Positions 27,701 to 39,700 of a stretch of DNA of 64,000 bases are shown one piece after another. How positions within the stretch are numbered: the stretch's first letter is position 1; the number at the start of each line of letters is the position of its first letter. The DNA comes from Negaprion brevirostris. Its lineage: Eukaryota. The position numbers were made by a program, and so were the translations under genes. The stretch is taken from positions 66,970,534-67,034,533 of the forward strand of contig JARDVH010000097.1 of NCBI GenBank assembly GCA_030324005.1, given 5' to 3'. The notes beneath the pieces were generated by a model, which was not told the DNA's origin, did not search any database, and saw only the letters and a list, made by a program, of their open reading frames with translations.

Positions 27701-30700
27701 GTATTCGTGTGTGTAAACTGGGGGAAGAGATCTTTCCAACACTTCTATGCATTTGGACTCAGAAGCGTCCCCAGGATTCCCTAAAGGAAGAAATCATTGA
27801 ATTTTTTCGATTACAGCTTCGAGCCCACCACCCAAAAGGGGCCAAAACTCAGGAAAAAGGTACAGGGGTAGATTGATGGCTGTTTTAAAGTTATGTTATA
27901 TAATCTTTTGGCTATGTATTTCGTTTTTAAAATTCATTTACAGACTGTGGGCATTGCTGTCTAGGCACTTATTGTCCATCCCTAATTGCACGTGAGGAGG
28001 TGGTGGTAAGCTGCTTTCTTAAACTGCTGCAGTCCCACAGTGCTGTTAGGGAAGGAGTTCCAGCTTTTGACCCAACAACTTTGAAGGAACAGCGATATAC
28101 TTCCAAGTCAGAATGGTGAATGACTTGGAGGGGAACTCCCAAGTGGTGGTATCCCCATGTGTCTGCTGACCTTGCCCTTTTAGATGGTAATGATCATGGA
28201 TTTGGAAAGTGCTGCCTCAGGAGCCATGGTGAACTCCTGCAGTGCATACTGTAGATTTGCTGGGGTACCGGACCAGAACCCCAAGATATATAGTGAAGCC
28301 AGATTAGACCCCAACTTTTCTTTTTGGCATAAATGTGAGGGTAAGATATCTCTCTGCAGGAGTGGTTCCACTGACAAAGTATGGATCTTTTATAGTAAAA
28401 CAAATTTTCTTTAATAACACAGTTTAAATATAACTCTAATAAATGAAGCAACTCAACCATTAAAAGTTGAACATCTTCAAAAACGAAAGGAAGCAACTTT
28501 ATAGCTTATGACTGTTCCATTTCCAAATTCATGCATAGATCAAAACCATTTTCAAATAAATATAGTTAGCAAACCGAGGCATACTTGCTATAAATTGTGT
28601 TAACAATCTTGAAACTTTCAGTGAGAGATTTTGTGGAGAGAGAGTGATTCTCAGGAATAGCCTTCACGTGCCTCTGACTTTAGCAAACCTTCACCAGCAG
28701 CTGCTTAGTTTTTCCCTCTTTCAGATCTAGCTCTGCACATTAGCCATATTATCGTGCAACCGTTTTACAACCCTTGAGCTAAATGTCTTCCAGACACACC
28801 GACTCTAGAATAAAGCTGAAATTTTAAACACTGCTGCCATTATTTGTTGGTGGTGGAGGGAGTGATTTTTTCTGTAAGGGCTGTCAATCAAGCAGGCTGC
28901 TTTATCCTGAGCACAATTTACAGATAGTGTAAGGAAAAATACTTTTTCTCTATTGGATTATTGATTTATATTCTTCATTACTAATAACAATACATAGTTG
29001 ATTATGGTTTCTTGTGAGCAGTCTCTGCAAGGTAAGATATATGCACTTCTATTTCATTGGCTATGGGCCAATTAATATATGTCTATGTTATAGTCTCAAA
29101 CAAATGGGGAGTTATGTCCATATACAGTAAGTCTGATTTTCTGGAGTGCAGAGAAATAATGCAAACTGGTATCTAATACAGAAGCTATTCTAAATTTTCT
29201 CCAAGATTCTTCTGAATATTGTTTGTTTTTTAACATGTGTGCAATGTTTAAACTCTTTTGAATGTAATTTTATGTTGTGTGCCATAGGTGCTTTTGCAAA
29301 TGACTGGTTGAAATGGCAGAGTCTGCTCTATAGTCTGTACGAAACAATTGTCAGTGAAGTGAGCCAGATAGGAAGCAGGGGAAAGTACTCCGCAGGAATG
29401 CGCCATGTTGCTGTCAAGGATAATCTTGTTGATCTGGCTGCTGATATCTGTCATCAGGTAAAGTAAAAATGAAAACCTGACAGGTTTGGATTTCTCACAT
29501 CTCCCTAATGTATTTGACTTCCAACTTGGGAGGAGAGGTGTTGGTTTGGTTAATGATAATGGGTTCAGTTGATCTCTGATCATATGTTGAATATTTGTGC
29601 ATTTTCACAACAAATTGTAATTTAGATTTTGAAACATATGTTGAAGGAAGCAAATAACAATTATACCATAAGAGCTCTTTTGATGGAGCTTATTTATTTT
29701 ATTTCTTTGTTTTCAGTTGTTTGGTCAAGATACCAAAGTGTTTGTGTCATCAGTAACAGATGTTGATTCACCACAAAGCCATTCTCATCAGGGAACTCCA
29801 AGCAAGCGTAGACGTGTTGAATTAGGATGGGAAGTAGTGCGAGATGGTCTGCAAAAAGCAAAGAATGATTTTGATATGATACCATGGTATGTTTGCTTTT
29901 AAAATTAGAAATGTACCAATGGTTTTGTTAGTAATTGCTCTAAACTGCACAATTTTTTCCATTTTCTCATGCGTATCCACAGTCCACCTTATTGGAGTGG
30001 TGCATTATTCCACGTTTCTGTTAAAAGTTCAATAAAGATGGCTAAGTTGAGTTGGAAATTTTTTATTCAGTTTTGACCTATTGAAGTCAATAAAGACTGC
30101 AGAGGTTGGAATATTTTAAGCTATGGCAGTATATAAATGCTGCTCATCACTGTAGTACTGTATCGAGATTTTCCTCCTCCTTTTGCCTTTTCAACTCTTA
30201 ACAAAGATTTATCCTAACTGAGAGAATCTTTCTTCTCTTCCTTCCCTGTTTTAGTTGTTTGATAAAGATTTTCCTGTGATAGGTTTAAAAGAAGTGAGCT
30301 AGCATTGATCTGATATGTATTATCTCCTGCTTCCTTATCACCACTCTCCTCTTCCTGTTTGAGTGAGGGATTTAACCAGCTTGATTATCTCGCCTGTTGC
30401 ACTGGTCAGGCAACAACTCCAAAAGTGAGAGGAAATCTCTTGAGACAAAAATGCAAATAGGTGAGTAAGAGAAGCAAATGATTGAGCACAGAAGAAATTG
30501 AAGTGAAGGAGGTTGGCAATAAAACCAAAGTTAGAGGAGGTGAAAGACATTTCGATCACATGTAATACATTGTGTTTAAAAGGCCGCACCAATTTCCATT
30601 TTTCTTACCCAAGAGCTGCAGAGGTGAATCTAGTCATTATAAAACATATCCCATTAATAGCTTATAATTGGGCACATGAAATACTGTATAGAGTTTATTT

Positions 30701-33700
30701 TAATTTAAAGTTCAGTTCAAAGTAGATGTTGGCATTTGTTAATACTTAAAATTTTGGGGAATATTAGTGCATTGTAAATGATGGCAGACTTTTGCTTTTG
30801 TTCCTTAGGTTACAAATCACTACAGTTCTAGTTGCAAAGTATCCATCAAGTGTACCCCCCAATGAACTTGTTCCCATTCTGACCATATTGCACCAGATCC
30901 TGTCTCAGCAGAGACGAGGGGAGAGAATTCCTTATGTTCTTTGCTGCCTCAGTGAGATTGCTGTGTGCCAGAGACTGAAGTCGACCCTGAATACTGCACA
31001 GAGATTAGACCTTCAGAAGCTCTGGGCCAAGATCTGGGGCATCACACTTCGAAGCATCAGCTCACAACAAACTGAGGTTGAAAGCTTTCAGCTGCTGGAA
31101 GCTATTCTTCACGGAAACTTGACATTTCCAGATAAAGATTTCTGGAAAATCTTTTCATGCTCCACAGTTCAACCTTCCAGGTTAGTCTCGCACATCCAAA
31201 TGTAATGATCATTGTCTCAAAATTTTGTGTAATTTTTGTCTTTAATTCCCAATACAACACCTCAGTTTTTCCCTCATGAGGAGGGATGGCCATTTTGCAC
31301 TCCAGTTGTAGGTTAAATAATAAGACCACAGGAATTGTAGTATGTGGGACGCGGACTATGCAAAGGTCCATTGAACTCGGGTGGGATTTTTCACTCTTGA
31401 GGCGAATGTGCCTGGAAAATCTCACTCTTACTTTATGAATGAACAAAGGTTAAAAACATCCCAAGGGATGACTCAGCAAATAAAATTAAGCTGTAGAAAA
31501 GAAGCAAAATACAAGAAATATTGACTGCATTTCCAGCAGGTGATGAACAATTATTTAATTTTGTTTTCTGTTATATAACTTGTAGTTTTAAGTGCATATA
31601 TAATCTAAATGTGGAGGTCAGTTTAGCTTGGTTGGACAGCTGGTTCACAGAGCAATGCTAATAACACAGGTTCAGTTCCCATACCGGCTGAGATTCACGT
31701 AGGCCCCATCTTCTCAACCTTGCCCCTCATCTGAGGTCTCAGGTTAAACCACCATCAGTCTGTTTGCTCCCTCAAAGGGGAGAGCAGCCTCTGGTCATCT
31801 GGAACTATGGTGACTTTATATAGTCTAACTATTAGGAAATAAAAACAGGCAACTTCAGGAAAGCATAAGAAAAAATTGAACTGTTCAGTTGGTGTTAATG
31901 ATTTATAACAATCTGATTTAGTGTGTACTGGTTGTTTGGTAGTTTTTACTAATATGTATCTGAGTAAATTGGCATGGTTCTTTTAATAGCTGTTAAGTAA
32001 TTCATATTCACAAGTGTGATATTTTGGAGTATGGACAATTTCCTCATGCTCTGACAAGAGACTTCTAATTTTTAAAAATAATTAACATCTAATTGTTGGA
32101 AAATTAATCTCAAGTTCTGCAGTTAAATGCCTCTCGCGAGCGTTGGTGAAATGCACTTTACCAGAACACATGGATGGTCTTGCTGAGCAGTACCTAATAA
32201 CTGTGAGTAACAGGCCACAGACCCCCAGAGAAGCCATAATGAGATGGTTATTGGGGTATCGAGCAGAGGAGGATATGGAGGAAAATGTGGAGCTTCCATC
32301 CGTTATCTGCAGGTTGGTCAAATAATATTACAAACTTGAACTGCAAGATGCTGTCGAACCATGCATTGGACACTGCATTTTCCAGACTTAAATTACTTGA
32401 TTGTGAGTGTAATTGGACTGCATGACAATTTCTGGAATTATTTAATAACTAGTTAACACATTAGACTGAACTTTGCTTTATGCCAAATCATAGAATCGTA
32501 GAATCCCTACAGTGCAGAAGGAGGCCATTCAGCCCATCAAGTCCACACTGACCACAATCTCACCCAGACCTCACTCCTGCAGTCCCACATATTTACCCGG
32601 GTAATTCCCTGACAATTTAGTATGACTAACCCGCGCATTTTTGGAATGTGGGAGGAAACCAGAGCAACCAAAGGAAATCCATGCAAACACAATGCGCAAA
32701 CTCCACACAGACAGTGACCAGAGTCCAGAATTGAACCTGGGTCACTGGTGCTGTGATGCAGCAGTGCTAACCCCTGTGCCACCCCTGATGGCCATAGCTG
32801 ATTTAGTTGTAACTAAAGTAAGAGTAAAAAATAAACACCCTATTTCATGATAATAACATCTTTGAACACAAATTGACCGCAATAAAGATGTTTTTATTAT
32901 AACTAATTATTAGTTTATATGTAAGGAAAATTACTTTGCAAAGCTGAATTTACTGCCTTTTGGAATGAATTAAATGTTCGCATTTTACTTGAACAAAGTC
33001 TCAAAGTTCTGAAACAAAGTTAATATTTTTTTAAGCCAATGTTTGCTCATGGCCTAAACGCAGTGCCAAACCCAACAACCTAAAACAAGCTAATTCAATA
33101 ATTCCTCAAATTTTTTTGAACGGACACAGCTTTCCTGTTCCCTCTAACTCAAGTTGTCAATGTGTCTTGTTACTTTTCTCAATAACAGCCATTTGTTTTT
33201 ATATAGTACCTCAACACAACAAAATGTCCAAAAGTACTTCACGAGGGTTATGAATAAAAATTTCCACATTGATCCAATTAGGGCAGGTGGCCAAAAGCTT
33301 GTTTAAAGAAGGCTTTAACGAGCACCTTAAAGGAAAAAAGACAGGTGGTTATTCCTGAGCCTAGGGCCTGGGCAGCTGAAGATATGGCAACCTATGGTAG
33401 AGCAGTTACAATCAAGGATTCTGAAAAGGCCAGAATTATAGGAATGCAGATATCTTTTGCCGATATCTATCTGGGTAGCACAGTGACACAGTAGTTAGCA
33501 CAGCTGTCTCACAGCACGAGGGACCTGGGTTCAATTCCTGGCATGGGTCACTGTCTATGTGGAGTCTGCACATTCTCCCAATGTCTGCGTGGGTTTCCTC
33601 CAGGTGCTCTGGTTTCCTCTCTCAGTTCGAAAGATGTGCTGGTTAAGTGCATTGGCCGTGCTAAATTCTTCCTCTGCTTACCCAAACAGACACCAGACTG

Positions 33701-36700
33701 TGACGACTAGAGGGTTTTCACAGTAAATTCATTGCAATGTTAATGTAAGCCTATTTGTGATTAATAAATGTACTTTATCTCGGAGAATAGTGAAGTTGGG
33801 TGAATTGCACAGGTAGAGAAGCGTGAACCATGGAGATGTTTGAAAACAAAGGGCATAATTTTCCAGCCCTACCTGCTGCCATGATCATCTGAGTCCCACC
33901 AAAAGTCAGTAGACTTTTGGCTGGACTGCCAAAACTCCTGCGGTGGGTTTCACCGTGACGAGGCTGGAAAATCCCTGCCAAGATGCAAATTTTAAAGTTG
34001 AGATGATACTTAACTGGGAGACTGCAGATCTCTGTGGATAGGGATGATCAGTGAATGGGAAGGACACAAGAAGCAAAGTTTTGGATAATCTCAAGCTTGC
34101 AGAAGATGGGATGTAGTAGGCTAACCAGGACCGAATTAGAACAGTCAGGTCTTAGAAATGTTCCCTTCTCTTCACTGTCTCTTTTCACTTTTCGTTTCTA
34201 TTTAAGTCTACATATTTTTCTCTCTCTTTCCCAACTTTGCCTCCCTTCCTCTAGCAGTAGAAGTAGACCAAAATACTCCAAATTTGAGTGTGCAGTCTGA
34301 TCTTCCCACAAAATATCATAATAAGAACATAAGAATTAGGAGTAGGCCACCTGGCCTCTCGAGCCTGCTCTNNNNNNNNNNNNNNNNNNNNNNNNNNNNN
34401 NNNNNNNNNNNNNNNNNNNNNNNNNNNNNNNNNNNNNNNNNNNNNNNNNNNNNNNNNNNNNNNNNNNNNNNNNNNNNNNNNNNNNNNNNNNNNNNNNNNN
34501 NNNNNNNNNNNNNNNNNNNNNNNNNNNNNNNNNNNNNNNNNNNNNNNNNNNNNNNNNNNNNNNNNNNNNNNNNNNNNNNNNNNNNNNNNNNNNNNNNNNN
34601 NNNNNNNNNNNNNNNNNNNNNNNNNNNNNNNNNNNNNNNNNNNNNNNNNNNNNNNNNNNNNNNNNNNNNNNNNNNNNNNNNNNNNNNNNNNNNNNNNNNN
34701 NNNNNNNNNNNNNNNNNNNNNNNNNNNNNNNNNNNNNNNNNNNNNNNNNNNNNNNNNNNNNNNNNNNNNNNNNNNNNNNNNNNNNNNNNNNNNNNNNNNN
34801 NNNNNNNNNNNNNNNNNNNNNNNNNNNNNNNNNNNNNNNNNNNNNNNNNNNNNNNNNNNNNNNNNNNNNNNNNNNNNNNNNNNNNNNNNNNNNNNNNNNN
34901 NNNNNNNNNNNNNNNNNNNNNNNNNNNNNNNNNNNNNNNNNNNNNNNNNNNNNNNNNNNNNNNNNNNNNNNNNNNNNNNNNNNNNNNNNNNNNNNNNNNN
35001 NNNNNNNNNNNNNNNNNNNNNNNNNNNNNNNNNNNNNNNNNNNNNNNNNNNNNNNNNNNNNNNNNNNNNNNNNNNNNNNNNNNNNNNNNNNNNNNNNNNN
35101 NNNNNNNNNNNNNNNNNNNNNNNNNNNNNNNNNNNNNNNNNNNNNNNNNNNNNNNNNNNNNNNNNNNNNNNNNNNNNNNNNNNNNNNNNNNNNNNNNNNN
35201 NNNNNNNNNNNNNNNNNNNNNNNNNNNNNNNNNNNNNNNNNNNNNNNNNNNNNNNNNNNNNNNNNNNNNNNNNNNNNNNCTGAGGCACACCATTATTCAC
35301 CGATTGCCAACCAGAAAAGCACCCATTTACCCCCACTCTTTGCTTTCTATTAGTTAATCATGTTTAACAATGGAGCTTCTTCTGAGGCAGTTTATGTTGT
35401 GATTTTATTTGACTCCTTTTGTAATGGTAACTTTCAGAGAGGAATTGGATATATTGGAAGTGGATACATTTATAAGGACTTGTGGAAAGAGCAGCCGAAT
35501 GGGGCTGACTGGATAGCTTGTCAAAGTGCTGGCACGGACACGATGGACCGAATGGCCTCTTTCAGTGTTGTCTGATTCTGTCTCAATTCCTAGTGTTTGG
35601 AATGGCAATTTGTGTTACTCGTATTTCTGGCAATGGACCACTGGTTTCAAATTCGCAATTTATGGGAAAAAGTTGTGACAGTATGAACTGAATAAAGTAA
35701 CTGCAAAATAATGACAAATGTCACAGTGAGCTTTAAGGGAATGTCTACGTAGAAATAGCTCACAACTGGTTTTCTGGTTTGTTCTGAATGTCAGGCTACT
35801 AAATTAATGTACATGAGATTTGATGAAAAGGTTGTTGATCTGAAATATTAACTCTTTCTCTCTCCACATATACTGCCTGACTTACAATGTGTACCAGTAT
35901 TTTTTGTTTTATTTCAGATTTCCAACATGTATAGCCTTTTGTTCATACACTATTCCTTGAATGTCAGTGCTAAATATTGTTTATCTCACCATACATTTTT
36001 TTAATAGAGATTTTCAAAATCAGCTTGTTTCTCAAATTTTGGTGGTTTTGACGCTGAAGGACTGCCGAGCAGGAGTGGATTTCTTTCACTTATCTTCGTC
36101 AGATAGGTAACTGAATAAATGTTATACGGATAGGATCATTTTAAGGAGCTGAAGTGTCTATTCCAATTGTAATCCTGCCTCACCTATGAACTTTATAATG
36201 CAACAGCTTGTATTCCAAGCAATTTCTTGAGTTCAGAACAATTTAAAGCACTACAGATGTACACTTTTGTAAGTGAAAGATCCTTGATCTCTGTTAATAA
36301 ACTGAAATAAATGATTTTAAAATGTCTTGGCATCACTGACTAATATCGATTGCATGTGCTGTGCCACATAGTTTCATGCTGAGGGGAAGAAGGAAGCATT
36401 AAATAGATGTAAGCTAATTCCCATTACAGCTATGAATAGAATGTATGAATTTTAGATTCCTTGTTAAAGTTAATAATAGTGGGATTGGATCTGTCACAAG
36501 AGTGATGAAGTGTGTAGTGATGTCAGAAAGGAGATTGAGAGACTAATGCCTTTTTCCCTTGTGAGAAAGAAAGCCTAGGCTTTCTAAATTACATCAAACA
36601 AAATAAATACTAACAAGATCTGTGAATCATTCAGGAACGCAAATGCTTGCCAGAGTGGCCTAAGCCAGCTAAACTTCATTAGGTAAATCTCCAGCTCATG

Positions 36701-39700
36701 GAGAGTTCCAGCACCTGTATCTTCCTGAGAACAGGATCCAGTTCAGCTGTGATTCTCCTATTCAGTGCCTGGGCTTAAAATATGTGGAGAATGACAACTT
36801 ATGTAAGGTATCAGTACCACAAAATAAGGAAGCTGCTTCAAGTAAGGAGAGAGAAAAGAGTGTGAATGTTGTTTTGGAGATGTCCGTATTCCAATGNNNN
36901 NNNNNNNNNNNNNNNNNNNNNNNNNNNNNNNNNNNNNNNNNNNNNNNNNNNNNNNNNNNNNNNNNNNNNNNNNNNNNNNNNNNNNNNNNNNNNNNNNNNN
37001 NNNNNNNNNNNNNNNNNNNNNNNNNNNNNNNNNNNNNNNNNNNNNNNNNNNNNNNNNNNNNNNNNNNNNNNNNNNNNNNNNNNNNNNNNNNNNNNNNNNN
37101 NNNNNNNNNNNNNNNNNNNNNNNNNNNNNNNNNNNNNNNNNNNNNNNNNNNNNNNNNNNNNNNNNNNNNNNNNNNNNNNNNNNNNNNNNNNNNNNNNNNN
37201 NNNNNNNNNNNNNNNNNNNGCAGACAACATTTGATGAAACTCCAAACTACAGTAGCACCGTGTTATCAGTTAAAAGAAAGGAACCTGTGGCATCAAGAAT
37301 AAGTGTCAAACATGCTTTGAAAAACAAACTAGAGGAATATCTATTAGCATTGGTGGAATGTTTGCATTCTGTTGTGGTAAGTGCCTGCAGTAATATAATG
37401 TAACTTTGGTGCTGGAGATATTCTTCCCAAACTTTCCATTTGGACTTGAAGCACCTAATGTGAAAGAAGAGGAGAGGAACAACCTTGAATTTATGTAGCC
37501 TATTTCCATGATCTTAGAGCAAGCCAATGCACTTCAGAACCAATTAAATGCTTCTGATGTTTCATCACTGTTGTGGAGAAACTAGGCAGCCAATTTGCAG
37601 GCAGCAATTTTCTCAAGAAAGAATAAAGTAAATGACCATGTAATCTGAGTTAAAAGTATTGAATGAGAGATAAATAATGGCCGGTAAACAAACAGAATTC
37701 ATTTGTTCTTTATCAAATAGTCATGGGATATTTTGTCTGTACCTGAAAGAGCAGACAGCTCTTTGTCTCATTTATAAAATAGCACTTTTGATATGCTGTA
37801 GTCCCTCAGTAATACACTGACGTGGCTGTCAGGTTATATGCTTAATAGGGTCCAAAAATGAGATGGAGAAATGTACATAAGAAATAGTTGGAGTAGGCCA
37901 TTCAGCCCCTTGAGCCTATTGTACCTTTCATTATGGTATTGCTGATAACCAAATTCAATACCCTGATCCTGCTTTTCCCCTATATTCCTTGATCACTTTG
38001 GCCCCAAGAGCTATATCTAATTCCTTCTTGAAATTTCTGAACGTTTTGACCTCAACTATTTTCTGTGGTAGTGAATTCCACAGATTCACCACCCTCTAGG
38101 TGCAGTAATTTATCCTTACCTCAAACCTAAACATGGCCCCACAACTTTCTAACTCAGGTAGGTGTTACAATTGAGCCATGGCTGACGTTTATTGATGATA
38201 TGTTAGGAAAGGAAGATATTTTCTCTTTGTTGACATTTGCATCTTAGTCAAGTTATGAATCCAATGGTAAACAGTTTGGAAAAATTTGTTCCCACAGTAA
38301 CAAAATCCTCCACTTTAAAGAAAAGACCCAGTCAATGTTAGATCACATCAAGTATTGTAATTAGCCTCAGTTAACCGATGTTGAGCCATGCTGACTCAGC
38401 AAAATGAAGAACAGCCACTTAGGAAAGATATGGATAGCTTCCACTGCCTGTAAAACTACTTTAGTTTAGCAGGTCAAATGAACAGAAACCTAGAAGGGAA
38501 AGGTTTGAAAGAGGAAAAATACAATATTCAAACTTGGATTTTTAAATTATTGTTGGTTAAGGGCAAATTGTGGCAGCAGTGAATTGACCCTTTTTGCTAG
38601 GTTACAATGGGGAGCCAGTGTGCTCAGTTGGCTGAAAGATTAATGTGTGGTTCAGTATAATGCCAGCAGTGTGGGTTTGGTTCTTGATTTGGCTGAGGTA
38701 GACTTCGGACCAGGTTCATCGCCCTGATCCTGAGAGTGAAAGACAACGACACTGACAAAAACTGCCAAGGAGATGAGCAGTGAGCCAAGGATCTACCTTT
38801 GGGCAGCTTACAGATAAATTAATGAATATGTTCAACAATAAAACTAGCTCATTAGAGAACATTTATCATTGAGTTAGTTTGCGCAATCCAAGCAAAAATA
38901 ATCTGTCAGGATTGAATAAAGGATTTGATAAATTGGATATTTCAACCATGTTAACCTACCGTGAAAGGTTCCACACTACATTTAATGCCTGTATTCTGCA
39001 TATTGCTTTCAGATGGTTCCACCAGAATGCCAGGTTCGCTGCGCAGACCTCATCATTGGTGTACTCCGGTGCTATTGTGATATTGGTGTCACCAGTGAGG
39101 ATGAGGCATGTACATCTGCCCTGTTTCAGAAGGCAAAGGTATATTACTGAGTTCTGGCTCCTAAATTATTGATTTAGAATCTGAAGAACACACGAGGCTT
39201 ATTTGAAAGTTTAGTCGCTGTAATGTAATTTCTTTACAAATTAAGTTCAAGCCCAACAAAATGATTTTGATAAACATCCAGGAGCAAAATTTCACCATTA
39301 ATTTTTTTAAGGAAAATGTTAAAGCCACTAGACTAATTTATGGAGTGAGTAGGTAGCGAAGTCATTAAATTTATAGCACCAGAATCTGGTTCAGAGTTTT
39401 GTATGTGTATATGTACATCTGACTTCCTGTTTCCCTTATTTTCTCTCTGTACCCTCTTTTTTCCAAATGTTTTTTCTTTCTCAGACTTCTGCCCCACTAC
39501 AGAAACACAGTTTGATGTTAATTACCCTAAGTTATATTTATACTGCCATCCTTCCTGGATGAATTCAAAATTTACCCAAAAATGTATTCTTTTTCCCAAA
39601 TTTTATTTACTTTGGGGAAAATAATTATAGCTATTGGTAGATTTATTTTTGTAATGCTCACAGTTGTGGGTGTGTAAATTCTATTTATGTTGCCTAAACT

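Noticed and set aside
34251-35357. Long ORFs of 325-361 aa
   Set aside because: Artefacts of translating an N gap.
36766-36896. Open frame before the gap as the start of ATM exon 13
   Set aside because: The nearby acceptor gives a stop in the required phase and the peptide does not resemble ATM.
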